A stretch of 48,637 nucleotides of DNA from Desulfobacteria bacterium (GTDB taxonomy: Archaea; Halobacteriota; Syntropharchaeia; Alkanophagales; Methanospirareceae), in contig DATKXZ010000023.1 in NCBI GenBank assembly GCA_035528755.1, positions 1 through 48,637 on the forward strand. Reading direction: 5' to 3'. Below the pieces are notes generated by a model that was given only the letters and a program-made list of their open reading frames with translations, made no database searches and was not told the DNA's origin. Positions within the stretch are counted from its first letter, which is position 1. Each line of letters opens with the position of its first letter. The position numbers and the translations under genes were made by a program. Shown here piece by piece: positions 8,983-18,415 of the stretch.

Positions 8983-8994
8983 AGTATATAAAGC
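8983..8994 (-). promoter_or_regulatory. TATA-box-like element for the large surface protein gene.
   Basis: The minus strand reads GCTTTATATACT about 45 nt upstream of the ATG at 8940, followed by a leader carrying AGGAGGTGA. Confidence 0.45.
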
Positions 8995-9217
8995 TTCCGC
9001 CTTTTTCACCCCTTCCTTATGCTACCGTTACATCTCCCCCTTCGCCTCCTTTCCTTTCTGACGATAGAGAGAGTGAACATCTTTTCTCTTTGTCTATTTA
9101 TAAAGTTTGCGGTTTATCTCCCCGTATCATGGCTGTGGAAGCGGCGTATTGCTGAAGTCAGGACGCGACCCCAAAACATTTAACCTGACAGTGCCTACCT
9201 ACGTTAAAACCTGAGCT

Positions 9218-10201
9218 ATGATAGCTATAACCGGGCAAGTGCTCCGGATTCTGCCCGTCCGGGAAATAACTGACGGAGATACCACTAAACGGGTCGTTGA
9301 CCTCATTATCGCGGATGAATTCGATTACCAGCGCGTATCTCTCTGGGACGACAAAGCAGAACTCGTCATGACCGGTGAAATAAAATTGGGCGATGTGCTC
9401 TCGATAAAGAACGCTTCGAGCTCTGAACCGCAAGCGGCTGGCGAGAAGCGAGTTCATGCCGGACGATACGCGCGCGTATCAAAAACCGCTGCAGATATCG
9501 CGCCGTTACGGCATACATCAGCCACGAAACTCACCGTGCTGGCGGTTGCGCGACCCGAACAGGGGCAGGTCTGCATTGCGGGCATCGCTGATAACGGCGA
9601 CTGGATACGGCCACAGGGCGTTTACGAACGCGAGATGATTACCGCAGGTATGCCGCTGTTCAAAAACCTCTGCGTCTCCACGCTCTATCTCGATACGTGG
9701 CGGGGCAGACGGCCAAGGAAGGAAGATCGGTTCTTCGTTTACAGTACGGGTGTAGAGAAAGAGCTGAACGAAACGGCGCAGCAAGATTTTTTGGATCGGC
9801 ATGTTGATGCGGCCGTGGACGACGTGTTCAAACGCAGCGGCAGGAGTTTGGGCTTGATAAAGCCACTTACCATTATGCAGGTGTACGAGGAAAAAGCGCG
9901 CACGAGGAAGGGCGAGAAGCGCTATGAGCGTTACATTCGGTTCAACTTCAAAGACGCTTCGGGCAGAATGTATCGACACTGGTCGTGCCGCTGCAACGCC
10001 TTTTACAACGCCTGGAACGCCCTGAAGGAGAAGCATCGGTGGACATACGGCTGGCGAATGCTCCGATACCTGCGGAAGAACGAAACGTACCTTGCCATCG
10101 GCCTTACGCATTCCGATTACGGTGTGAGTGGGCTGGAATACGGCGCGTACCCGCTGATCGTTGGGGTGCACGTTGTGCGTCGAAATGCGTACGTAGAATG
10201 A
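9218..10201 (+). CDS. OB-fold (RPA/tRNA-anticodon-like) nucleic-acid-binding domain fused to an uncharacterised C-terminal domain.
   Basis: The N-terminal ~90 aa (ITGQVLRILPVREIT..GDTTKRVVDLIIADEFDYQRVSLWDDKAELVMTGEIKLGDVLSIKNA) follow the classic OB pattern. I cannot assign the C-terminal ~220 aa. Confidence 0.55.
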   Translation: MIAITGQVLRILPVREITDGDTTKRVVDLIIADEFDYQRVSLWDDKAELVMTGEIKLGDVLSIKNASSSEPQAAGEKRVHAGRYARVSKTAADIAPLRHTSATKLTVLAVARPEQGQVCIAGIADNGDWIRPQGVYEREMITAGMPLFKNLCVSTLYLDTWRGRRPRKEDRFFVYSTGVEKELNETAQQDFLDRHVDAAVDDVFKRSGRSLGLIKPLTIMQVYEEKARTRKGEKRYERYIRFNFKDASGRMYRHWSCRCNAFYNAWNALKEKHRWTYGWRMLRYLRKNETYLAIGLTHSDYGVSGLEYGAYPLIVGVHVVRRNAYVE

Positions 10202-10247
10202 AGAGCTCACTCATCCAATCCATCCATCCATCAAGGAAGGAAGGAGG

Positions 10248-10872
10248 GGCGCTATATATACCGCGATGGATTATTACCGAACCGCGTTTGCTCACGGGTT
10301 CCTCCCTTCTTATCTCGGCTGTCCGGTGATTATCGCAGACGGTTTGAGCGACGACGGTGTGCAGGTAACGGAGCACGTGGAAATAGCGAAGGGCATATAC
10401 GATAGCGATGCGATGCTCCTCGTTTCACATGCCACCGGCCATTGCGCTTCCTCGTTCGGTGGTGCGATAAAGAACGTCGCAATGGGCTGCGTGACGAAGA
10501 AGACCAAGTTTTATCAGCACGAAGTGACGAGACCGGTGCGTTACAATGGCCGGAAGGGATGTCCGGGAAGCTGCAAAAGAGGCTTGCGGAAGTCGCGTAT
10601 GCCGTCCTTAGAAATCTGCCGTATTCCCGATTCCTCTTCCTCAATTTCCTCGTGGATATAACGCCGTTCTGCGATTGCGGTGAATTCGCGCCGGGCCGGA
10701 GTATATAAGCCCGGACATTGGCGTTGTAGCCTCTAACGATATCGTCGCCGTTGATCTGGCCACCGTAGAACTAATAGGTAAGCACGTCTTCGCGGGCGAC
10801 CCGACGATCCAGATGCGTGAAGCTCATGCGCTGGGCCTGGGTGAGCTGGAATACAAGCTGGTCCGGGTTTGA
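10248..10872 (+). pseudogene. Remnant of a COG2768/DUF362-type Fe-S protein gene. It is 5'-truncated, internally deleted and frameshifted.
   Basis: Family-typical segments lie in three different frames: TAFAHGF...PVIIADGL.DDGV...LVSHATGH..SFGGAIKNVAMGC..KKTKFYQH (10266 frame), LNFLVDITPFCDC (10442 frame), then PDIGVVASNDIVAVDLATVELI...EAHALGLGELEYKLV ending in TGA at 10870-10872. The boundaries are approximate. Confidence 0.55.
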
Positions 10873-10899
10873 AACGACTGACTAGGTTGAAGAAACAGC

Positions 10900-11202
10900 T
10901 TACTCCACCTTGACCTTCTCCTTCTTCTCCTCTTCTCCGGTTTCGAGGTCTTTCTTGTAAGTCTCTAACAAGGATATTTCCTTCTCTATGACATTAGTTA
11001 TTGTTTGCAGTGCGCTTATCCGCAGGTCAATAAGACGAGAAGCGAACTCTGATGGTTTCGGTATATAATTCTCAAGAGATTTAGCGATGTCGCCAGTAAT
11101 ATCCGCAGCAACCTTCAAGGGTACCGCCGCCGTTCCCGCAAGGACTTTGATCGCCTTTACTAAATCCTCTTCCTCCCTACTCATTTTCTTTCCTTCTTCC
11201 AT
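10900..11202 (-). CDS. Small acidic coiled-coil protein of unknown function, overlapping the 3' end of the ArsA-like gene.
   Basis: 100-aa ORF with no TM segment and a Glu/Lys-rich C-terminus. It overlaps the end of the ArsA-like gene by 22 nt on the same strand. Confidence 0.5.
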   Translation of the reverse strand: MEEGKKMSREEEDLVKAIKVLAGTAAVPLKVAADITGDIAKSLENYIPKPSEFASRLIDLRISALQTITNVIEKEISLLETYKKDLETGEEEKKEKVKVE

Positions 11203-12383
11203 CGTTCATCAGTAAAGTATATATGCAAATCCGCATTTAAAAGTTTCGCCTTATCGAGCTTCATCAAGTGTGCAATCGCGGGAAGCGGGATGAAGTTTCT
11301 CGCCTCCCCGATATCGGTTGAAATAACGACCGATAAGTCTTCACCCATCCGTTCGACCTCACATACCTCCTTGTATTTGCCGGCAGTAGGTAACGGAACG
11401 ATTACTTCTAATCCTCCCTCTATCTCCTCCACCCTAATTGCCTTACCCTCGTAGTAGATCTGGGCCGGATCTTCACCGTTGAACAATTCATCACCGACTG
11501 CAGAAAGGAGTTCCAAACCTTTAACTTCCGATTGAAAGAGCCTGAGCTTCTTCAGGGGCAGTGGATGGAATGCTGATTCTGATTCTGCCAGATATTTCTC
11601 TTGCGCCGCTTTCCACTCCTTAAAATACGCATCACTCACGTCGTCCGGGATTATCTTGTTCATTACAGCAAGATCAACGTTGATATCGTAGAGGTTGGCA
11701 AGGAGGTACGTCCTTTTCAGGTTCTGTATACTGAACGCCTCGGGATTTGCAATCAGCCGTAAACTGGTGACTTTACGGTCCGCTATGATAGTTTTAAGCT
11801 TGCTGAGCACTTCAAGGAGCTTAATGTCCTGTTTTATCACTTCTTTGCCCGGTGTTGGTATCCCGACGATGGGCTCTACCAGTTTCGCGATATTAGCAAG
11901 CGGAGCTACCAATTTGATTACTTTCGATGCGGTGGATCCAAGTATTGTGGGCAGGTAAATGTTCTTAAGCGCGTCCCCGGATGGCACGGTGTCAAGCACA
12001 ATGACATCGTAGCTGTTCGATTCCACGTACTCAACCAGCTTTAACAGCGATACGAACTCGGTCATGTTCGGCAATGCGGCGATTTCGTATGCGAGCACTT
12101 CATCAACCCCTCGCGATTTGAATAGATTAACGACGTATTCCTGTATCACGCCGTAGGACTCGCGCGCCTCCCGTATAGGGTCTATTTGAACCGCCCAGAG
12201 CTTGTCCACGATTGCCGTCGGCCTATGGTGCACCACGGTTTCAAGCGCATCCGAGAGCGTATGCGCCGGATCGGAAGAGATAATCAGAGTCTTGTAGCCC
12301 CTCTCAGATAGTTTCAAGGCTGTAGCACAGGAGATAACAGATTTACCCGCGCCGCCTTTACCGGTATAAAAGATAACTCTCAT
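11181..12383 (-). CDS. ArsA/GET3-family P-loop ATPase with a C-terminal HSP20-like domain.
   Basis: Deviant Walker A FYTGKGGAGKSVISCATA, then IISSDPAHTLSDAL, and a C-terminal beta-rich domain (IRVEEIEGGLEVIVPLP...DLSVVIS...ADLHIYF). Confidence 0.8.
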   Translation of the reverse strand: MRVIFYTGKGGAGKSVISCATALKLSERGYKTLIISSDPAHTLSDALETVVHHRPTAIVDKLWAVQIDPIREARESYGVIQEYVVNLFKSRGVDEVLAYEIAALPNMTEFVSLLKLVEYVESNSYDVIVLDTVPSGDALKNIYLPTILGSTASKVIKLVAPLANIAKLVEPIVGIPTPGKEVIKQDIKLLEVLSKLKTIIADRKVTSLRLIANPEAFSIQNLKRTYLLANLYDINVDLAVMNKIIPDDVSDAYFKEWKAAQEKYLAESESAFHPLPLKKLRLFQSEVKGLELLSAVGDELFNGEDPAQIYYEGKAIRVEEIEGGLEVIVPLPTAGKYKEVCEVERMGEDLSVVISTDIGEARNFIPLPAIAHLMKLDKAKLLNADLHIYFTDERWKKERK

Positions 12384-13120
12384 TTCCCGCTTCTCAAATG
12401 GAAGTGCAACGTTATAATTTTAGAGAACATGGAAGTGCTGTCATTGAATGCGTTCACTTTGGTGCCTGCAGCGCCCTTATCCGTCCATATCACCGGTATT
12501 TCCTTTACTCTGTACCCTCTCCTCTGGGCCCGTACAAGCAGCTCGGTATCCCAGAACCAGTGCTCATCCTCTATCTCGTCCACGATCTGCATCAAGGCCT
12601 CTTTGCGGAAGGACTTGAACCCGCATTGATGGTCCCGGAGCTTTGACCGTAAAATCACGCGAACAAGGAAATTAAAGGCCGTACTCAGTATATTCCGCTT
12701 CAAGGAGCGTTTCACGTCGCTCTCTTTCATCAGCCGTGAACCGGTTGCGAAATCGTACCGCTCCGCTCTTATTGCGTTTATCAACGGTTTTACATACGAC
12801 AGATCGGTGGAGAGGTCGACGTCCATGTACATCAAAATATCGCCGTGAGCGCTTTTAAACGCGCGATTAAGCGCTTTGCCTCTACCCAATCGCTCGTCGC
12901 TATGAATATGCCTGACGGCCGGGTCTTCGGCTGCTAGCCGACGTGCTAGGTCCGCCGTGCCGTCGGTGCTGCCGTCTTCTGCAATGAGTATCTCGTACGC
13001 AGCAGTGAATGCAGCTAACGCTTGCTTCGTCTGTTGTACTGCTGCTTCTATCTTGCTCGCTTCGTTATGCGCCGGAAGCACAACGGAGAGTTCTTTTTTT
13101 CCTTCCCCCGCTTCTTGCAT
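12380..13120 (-). CDS. Family-2 glycosyltransferase (dolichyl-phosphate hexosyltransferase-like).
   Basis: Reads LSVVLPAHNEA...EILIAEDGSTDGT...MDVDLS...; the stop overlaps the ArsA-like start (ATGA). Confidence 0.8.
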   Translation of the reverse strand: MQEAGEGKKELSVVLPAHNEASKIEAAVQQTKQALAAFTAAYEILIAEDGSTDGTADLARRLAAEDPAVRHIHSDERLGRGKALNRAFKSAHGDILMYMDVDLSTDLSYVKPLINAIRAERYDFATGSRLMKESDVKRSLKRNILSTAFNFLVRVILRSKLRDHQCGFKSFRKEALMQIVDEIEDEHWFWDTELLVRAQRRGYRVKEIPVIWTDKGAAGTKVNAFNDSTSMFSKIITLHFHLRSGK

Positions 13121-13216
13121 AGCGATTCACTTTGCACGTTAAGTAAAAGGATCGGTTACGGATATTTAAAAAAAAGCGGTAAGTTTTATTTCTGCCCGGA
13201 CGTAAAAGATAGAGCG

Positions 13217-13750
13217 ATGATCATGGTGGAGGATTGGAACGTCGTTGTAATAGGGGACGGCGATAGGGAGCAGGACCTATTAGAGTCGTTAGAAGAGGAC
13301 GGCGAGTTTGAACGTTCGGGATTTCGCGATGCCGTAATTGGAGACGTGGAAGACATCGTGGAATTCTTAGAGGATGCGGAGCAGAAGAAGTACCCGTACT
13401 TGAAGCGGGTGATCCCCATCGATGATGCGTTCTTGGTGTCTCCGGAGAGCTTAATAGATAAACTGAAGCAGCGAGTCGAGGGATATCTCGATGAGGTAGA
13501 GCCAGGTGAGACGTTCGGATTCCGTATTGAGCACAGAGGGTTGGAAGGGGGCATCAGCAGCAAGAAGGTAGAGCGCGAAGTGAGCGGCTATTTCTTCGCG
13601 CTGGTGGAGAAGGTTTACGGCAGGAAGCCGAAAGTGAACGTAAAGATGCCGGATAAGCTGATCGTCATAGCGATCTTGGGTAATAGATGCGGGATTGGCT
13701 TCATCACGCGCGAGCTGCTGGAGAAGTACAGCGTGATCAAAGTACGGTGA
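13217..13750 (+). CDS. THUMP-domain protein (putative RNA-binding).
   Basis: Begins at the ATG at 13217 (MIMVEDWNVVV...). It has a ferredoxin-like N-terminal part followed by F.FRIE.RG......SKKVEREVG and LIVIAILGNRCGIGF. The track start at 13022 would overlap the divergent GT2 gene. Confidence 0.65.
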   Translation: MIMVEDWNVVVIGDGDREQDLLESLEEDGEFERSGFRDAVIGDVEDIVEFLEDAEQKKYPYLKRVIPIDDAFLVSPESLIDKLKQRVEGYLDEVEPGETFGFRIEHRGLEGGISSKKVEREVSGYFFALVEKVYGRKPKVNVKMPDKLIVIAILGNRCGIGFITRELLEKYSVIKVR

Positions 13751-13818
13751 AGGGTACACCATATATGAGATAATATAGAGTTAACTGCAGCTATTCCTTT
13801 CTTCTAGCTAGTAGAGTA

Positions 13819-15180
13819 GTGAGCACGATGCGGAAAGCACGGAGGTTAATGACCATCGCGGGCTCGGACAGCAGCGGCGGCGCGGGGATACAGGCGGATA
13901 TAAAGACGTTCGCCGCGCTGGGCGTTTATGGCACCTCGGTCCTCACCGCCATTACCGCTCAGAACTCGTCCGGCGTGCACGAGGTGCATGAAGTACCCGG
14001 CGAAATTGTGGAAGCACAGATCGCCGCCATTATGGACGATGCCGGCCTTAACGCGGACTGTGCAAAAACCGGCATGTTGTATTCCGCGGAGATAATCGAA
14101 CTGGTGGCGAAGGCGCTCAAACGCTACACAATACCGTTTGTCTTAGACCCCGTAATGATAGCGGGCTCTGGCGGCGCGTTAATCGAAAACTCCGCTTTAA
14201 ATGCACTCATCACGCAGCTTTTACCGCTCTGCACGGTGGTAACGCCGAATGTACCGGAAGCACGCGTTATCTCCGGGATGGCGATCGTAACAAAGGACGA
14301 TACGAAAGAAGCAGCGCTTAAGATACACAAACTGGGCGCACCGGCAGTGATTATAAAAGGTGGGCATCTCGAAGAGGAATTGGCCGCGGGAAGAGCAACG
14401 GATTTGCTTTACGATGGCAACGACACTGGCGAATTCACAGAGATAAGCTCGCCTGTCGTAAAGACGGAGCGAACAATACACGGTGGCGGCTGCTCCTATT
14501 CCGCCGCGCTGGCTGCCGAACTGGCGAAGGGCAAACCGTTGCAGAAGGCGGCCGCATCGGCAAAAGGCTTTGTGTACGATGCCATCGTCGGTGGCGAAAC
14601 GGTATCCACAATGATCGCCGTAAACCAGGTGCGGCACGTGCGTAAAGACGCTGATAGATACTGGACCCTGGAAAACGTCAAGCAAGCGGTCAGAACGCTG
14701 AAAGCGATCGAAGGTTTTGAATCCGTTATTCCTGAGGTCGGCACAAACATCGGCATGGCCATCGAAACCGCAGCGAGCGAGCAGGACGTTGCAGCGGTGG
14801 ACGGCCGGATCGTGCGTACGAAAGAGGGGGTAACCGCAGGCTGCGTGGGATTCGGCGTGAGTAATCACGTTGCACGGCTGATACTGGCGATGATGGAGCT
14901 GGATGAAACGCGAAAAAGCGCAATGAACGTGAAATACTCACCGGAGATAGTTGAGGCTTGCAAGACGCTGGGCATGCGCGTTGCTTCCTTTGATCGCGCT
15001 AAAGAACCAACCGATGTGAAGACCATGGACTGGGGCGTGCAAGAAGCGAGCCGTGAATTCGTCCCTGAAGTGATCTTCGACCTCGGCGCGGTAGGAAAGG
15101 AGCCAATGGTGCGAATCTTCGGGAATACGGCAATGGAAGTCGCGGAAAAAGTGAAGGGAATCGCAGAGACTTTAGAGTAA
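13819..15180 (+). CDS. thiDN: Bifunctional ThiD (HMP/HMP-P kinase) fused to ThiN (archaeal thiamine-phosphate synthase).
   Basis: The N-terminal half reads [21 protein letters not shown]...GMLYS...LDPVM...TPN..EA...IKGGH...[10 protein letters not shown]. The C-terminal ~180 aa have the ThiN architecture. GTG at 13819 or ATG at 13828. Confidence 0.85.
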   Translation: MSTMRKARRLMTIAGSDSSGGAGIQADIKTFAALGVYGTSVLTAITAQNSSGVHEVHEVPGEIVEAQIAAIMDDAGLNADCAKTGMLYSAEIIELVAKALKRYTIPFVLDPVMIAGSGGALIENSALNALITQLLPLCTVVTPNVPEARVISGMAIVTKDDTKEAALKIHKLGAPAVIIKGGHLEEELAAGRATDLLYDGNDTGEFTEISSPVVKTERTIHGGGCSYSAALAAELAKGKPLQKAAASAKGFVYDAIVGGETVSTMIAVNQVRHVRKDADRYWTLENVKQAVRTLKAIEGFESVIPEVGTNIGMAIETAASEQDVAAVDGRIVRTKEGVTAGCVGFGVSNHVARLILAMMELDETRKSAMNVKYSPEIVEACKTLGMRVASFDRAKEPTDVKTMDWGVQEASREFVPEVIFDLGAVGKEPMVRIFGNTAMEVAEKVKGIAETLE

Positions 15181-15199
15181 CGGATCTTTTTTCTTTAAC

Positions 15200-16483
15200 T
15201 TGACAAAACGTTCTTTTATAAAATCAGAAAGGCTGATGCCGAACGTAATACGAGACCCGCTGCATGGATATATAGAACTGGACGAACTTGCCAGCGCGAT
15301 CATAGATACCGCGGAGATGCAGCGGCTGAGGCGGATCAGACAGCTCGGCTTCTCTTATCTGGTCTATCCGGGCGCGAATCATACGCGGTTCGAGCATTCG
15401 CTCGGCACGTACCATCTGATGAATGTCTTGCTTAACCGGCTCGAAGTAGCGAAAGAGGAAGAGCAGGAGCTGCTCGTTGCGGCATTGATCCATGACGTGG
15501 GCCATGGCCCGTATTCGCACGTGACCGAGCCGCTCATAAAGCGGCTGACGGGAAAAGGCCATGAAGATCTCGAATCCGTGCTCTTTGCAGAGGAGAACGT
15601 GCGGGAAAAAGATGCCGAAACCGCAGCAGCACCGACCATAGCAGAAGTCGTGGAAGCGCATCATTTGGATATACGGAAGATCCTAGGTTACATAAAAGGC
15701 GAGAAAACAGAAGGTGTGCGAAAGCGGGATCTTTCACGGATATTAAACGGCGAAATCGACGTGGACAAGATGGACTATTTGGTTAGAGATTCGTATTATA
15801 CCGGCGTGGCTTACGGTGTCGTTGACAATATACGGCTCATCCAAGGGCTGAATTTCTTCGATGACGAGCTCGTTCTCACGGAGAAAGGAGTGCTGCCGGC
15901 AGAATATCTGCTCTTCTCCCGGTTCCTGATGCACCCTACCGTTTATAATCACCATACCGGTCGGATAGCGCAATTGATGCTTTTGAATGCACTTGACGCG
16001 TTCATCGAATCCTCAGCAGAATCGAAAGACTATGCAGCCGCATTACGAACAATGGACGATTCCGAGATAAACATCGCATTAAGGAATGCCGGGGGCTATC
16101 CAAACGAGATGATAACGCGGCTAAACGAGCGGCGATTGTTCAAACGGGCGATATACACAAACGTAAGCGAGCTGGATGCGAGTGCAGCAGAAGGTTTACG
16201 TGACGCACGACGGATGCAAGAAGTAGTAGCGGACATAAGCAAGCGCGCGGGCGTTGATAAGAAATATGTCTTACTGGATTATCAAAAGCCAAAAGGCAGG
16301 GAGTTAGAAGAAGGTGCGGCAAGGGTGGTTATCGGGAACGAGTTCAGGAGTCTGCGCGATGTGTCATCGCTCGTTGCCATGCTCAGTCGCGAATTCGAGC
16401 GGAATTATAAAATCGGGGTTTATACGCCGGAAGAACATAGAGCAAAAGTGAAAAAGGCTGCCGAAGAGATCTTGTGGAAGTGA
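15200..16483 (+). CDS. HD-domain metal-dependent phosphohydrolase (dNTP triphosphohydrolase/SAMHD1-like).
   Basis: Contains IRDPLHGYIEL, RLRRIRQLG, RFEHSLGT, HDVGHGPYSH and DVDKMDYLVRDSYYTG. The track start is TTG at 15200; the ATG at 15236 is more likely. Confidence 0.85.
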   Translation: MTKRSFIKSERLMPNVIRDPLHGYIELDELASAIIDTAEMQRLRRIRQLGFSYLVYPGANHTRFEHSLGTYHLMNVLLNRLEVAKEEEQELLVAALIHDVGHGPYSHVTEPLIKRLTGKGHEDLESVLFAEENVREKDAETAAAPTIAEVVEAHHLDIRKILGYIKGEKTEGVRKRDLSRILNGEIDVDKMDYLVRDSYYTGVAYGVVDNIRLIQGLNFFDDELVLTEKGVLPAEYLLFSRFLMHPTVYNHHTGRIAQLMLLNALDAFIESSAESKDYAAALRTMDDSEINIALRNAGGYPNEMITRLNERRLFKRAIYTNVSELDASAAEGLRDARRMQEVVADISKRAGVDKKYVLLDYQKPKGRELEEGAARVVIGNEFRSLRDVSSLVAMLSREFERNYKIGVYTPEEHRAKVKKAAEEILWK

Positions 16484-16540
16484 AAAAGTTATGTCCAGAT
16501 ATAAAAATCACAAAGTGTTGCAATACATGAGGATGTAGAA

Positions 16541-17428
16541 ATGTATAAAAGTTTCAAAATAATAGATGATTTTGTTAAAGAGATATACGGTTTTAATTTA
16601 ATTGGAGAACCAATTAATCATGATATTTCAAAAATAAAGGAGTTAAGAAAAGCTCATGAGACTATAAAAGAGATAACACAAAGGAAAAGAAAACCCTATT
16701 CAAATGAATTTATCAAATACGTGTATCCTCTATTAGAAATTTCATTGCAGTGGTCTGAGTTAAAGAAAGAAGGGAGTATAACTGAATATTTTTTAGAAAA
16801 ATGCAAGCAAAGAGTTAGAACTCCAAACAACTTTTATGGCACCATATTCGAGATAGATATGGCCTCTAGGTGTATTTTATCAAATTGGGATATTAAATTT
16901 TCAGAAGATTGCACTAAAGAAGGGAGGCAAATAGATTTTGTATTTTATAAACGTGATAATCATTGTAAAGTGATTGGTGTAGAATGTCATTCAAAAAGAA
17001 ATACACGTAATCTCACAATCCAAAAGATTAACAGAGCTATTAATGATAAGGCAAAGAAGTTTGAACAGGAATTTATAAATAAATTAGGCTTTAATCTAGA
17101 TGAGAAGTTGTTAATTATTGATATAACGACAGCTAACTATTCTTCGCCTAAGATTTTGGAAGATTTAGATAAAACCGAAATGAGTGGTAAATTAGACGCA
17201 GTAATTTTCACTTGGAGAGAAGATAAAATAGATGGCGAAAATCATAGTTTAGCAGTAAAGTATAAAGTCATTGGTGATTGTGATAAGAAATATTTTTCAA
17301 CAACATATGCCGCAGAACTTCGTAAAGGTCCCGTTTTCTTTGTGAGAAAATATATCGAGCCTGAACCTTGTGTTATCAAAGTAGAACCTGAAGAAAGAAC
17401 TCATAGGATTGGAAAGCAGAAGAGATAA
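16541..17428 (+). CDS. AT-rich orphan protein with a weak restriction-endonuclease-like (PD-(D/E)xK-like) motif pattern.
   Basis: 295-aa ORF, visibly AT-richer than its neighbours. FEIDM...QIDFVFY...VIGVECHSK is only suggestive of a nuclease core. Confidence 0.5.
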   Translation: MYKSFKIIDDFVKEIYGFNLIGEPINHDISKIKELRKAHETIKEITQRKRKPYSNEFIKYVYPLLEISLQWSELKKEGSITEYFLEKCKQRVRTPNNFYGTIFEIDMASRCILSNWDIKFSEDCTKEGRQIDFVFYKRDNHCKVIGVECHSKRNTRNLTIQKINRAINDKAKKFEQEFINKLGFNLDEKLLIIDITTANYSSPKILEDLDKTEMSGKLDAVIFTWREDKIDGENHSLAVKYKVIGDCDKKYFSTTYAAELRKGPVFFVRKYIEPEPCVIKVEPEERTHRIGKQKR

Positions 17429-17451
17429 AAAAAGTGATGTGATTTGCTCAA

Positions 17452-17576
17452 TCACGCCTCTTCCGCTTCCGCCTTCGCCAGAAGCTCCGCAAGCGACTTC
17501 TTGCCGTATTCCTTGACGGTTACATTGATCTGCGAGATTTCCGTGGAGATTTCGTTACCCCGCACGGATTTCCGGC
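17452..17576 (-). repeat. Detached duplicate of the 3' end of rps6e (last 41 codons plus stop): copy A of a 125-bp direct repeat.
   Basis: Matches 18416..18540 at 122 of 125 positions (3 substitutions). Would encode RKSVRGNEISTEISQINVTVKEYGKKSLAELLAKAEAEEA*. Confidence 0.95.
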
Positions 17577-17659
17577 TGCCCCAGAGGGCGGAAAAGTGGT
17601 CTACCATATTGTAGCCACAAAGGTAGTTATTTATATGCCTCCATACTATAACTCCATAT

Positions 17660-17899
17660 ATGGCAGGTACACAAAGTAAATACATTACGCTCTCCATCAA
17701 AGTTCGCAGAGAAATGAAGGAGAAACTCGAGCACGCGGGGATTAAGCCGAGCGAGGTGATGCGTACGGCGTTAAGTGATGCGCTCGAAGAGGCGGATAAG
17801 GAAGCATTATTAAACGAATGGAAGATTGTGCGCGGGATCTTCAAGAAAATTCCAGAAGAGCGTATAACGAGGGGCATCCGGGAAGATAGGGAGCGATAA
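17660..17899 (+). CDS. vapB: VapB-type antitoxin (small DNA-binding protein).
   Basis: 79 aa. Reads ITLSIKVRREMKEKLEHAGIKPSEVMRTAL. The stop is 1 nt before the PIN-gene start. Confidence 0.7.
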   Translation: MAGTQSKYITLSIKVRREMKEKLEHAGIKPSEVMRTALSDALEEADKEALLNEWKIVRGIFKKIPEERITRGIREDRER

Positions 17900-17900
17900 C

Positions 17901-18293
17901 ATGCTGTTTGATGCAAGTTCAATTTATCTTCTTGCTAAAGAAGGGCGTATCGAGATTCTTATAGGAAAGAGCACACTCTCACTCGCAATCTACGAACTCG
18001 GGAATGCGATCTTGAAGGATATTCGAATATTCAAGAGTATCTCACCTGAAGAAGGCATGAAAGCACTGAGTTTTTTAAGAAAAATCCTGGAGAAAATGGA
18101 GGTTCATGCGATAGGCAGGAACGAGGTTCAGATACTGAAGTTCGCGGGAGAGCAGGGTCTCACTTTTTACGATGCAGCCTATTTACAAATGGCGTTGGAG
18201 CTTGAAGCGCCACTCGTGACAGAGGATGAAAAGCTCAAACGCGTTACATCCGCCCTCGCCCTAACCGAGGTTTACTCTGCTCATGAGTTGTGA
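17901..18293 (+). CDS. vapC: PIN-domain ribonuclease toxin VapC.
   Basis: 130 aa. Reads MLFDASSIY (Asp4)...LTFYDAAYLQMALELEAPLVTEDEKL (conserved acidic residues). Confidence 0.8.
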   Translation: MLFDASSIYLLAKEGRIEILIGKSTLSLAIYELGNAILKDIRIFKSISPEEGMKALSFLRKILEKMEVHAIGRNEVQILKFAGEQGLTFYDAAYLQMALELEAPLVTEDEKLKRVTSALALTEVYSAHEL

Positions 18294-18415
18294 AACCACA
18301 CATTTTCGACATGGAGCCAGCGCTGCCGAGAAATAGGGATGTGAAGGGGTCAAAAATCGATGATGGTTTTAGGGTTCGCAATTCCCACGAGACCGTTCAA
18401 AGCTCACTCAACCTA

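Noticed and set aside
9518-10210. 230-aa minus-strand ORF overlapping the OB-fold gene.
   Set aside because: It has an Arg/Pro/His-rich composition without motifs. The plus-strand ORF has a recognisable OB-fold pattern and is longer.
13022-13216. 65-aa N-terminal extension of the THUMP-domain ORF.
   Set aside because: It overlaps the divergent GT2 gene and the intergenic promoter region, and its sequence looks non-coding (Phe/Cys/Leu-rich). The ATG at 13217 was chosen instead.
14221-14868. 215-aa minus-strand ORF, plus others, inside thiDN.
   Set aside because: It is antisense to a gene with strong ThiD/ThiN motifs and has an Arg/Cys-rich composition.
17452-17922. 156-aa minus-strand ORF in the track.
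   Set aside because: It is a chimera. Its C-terminal 41 aa come from the duplicated rps6e fragment. The rest is antisense to vapB and its promoter, with no coding features.
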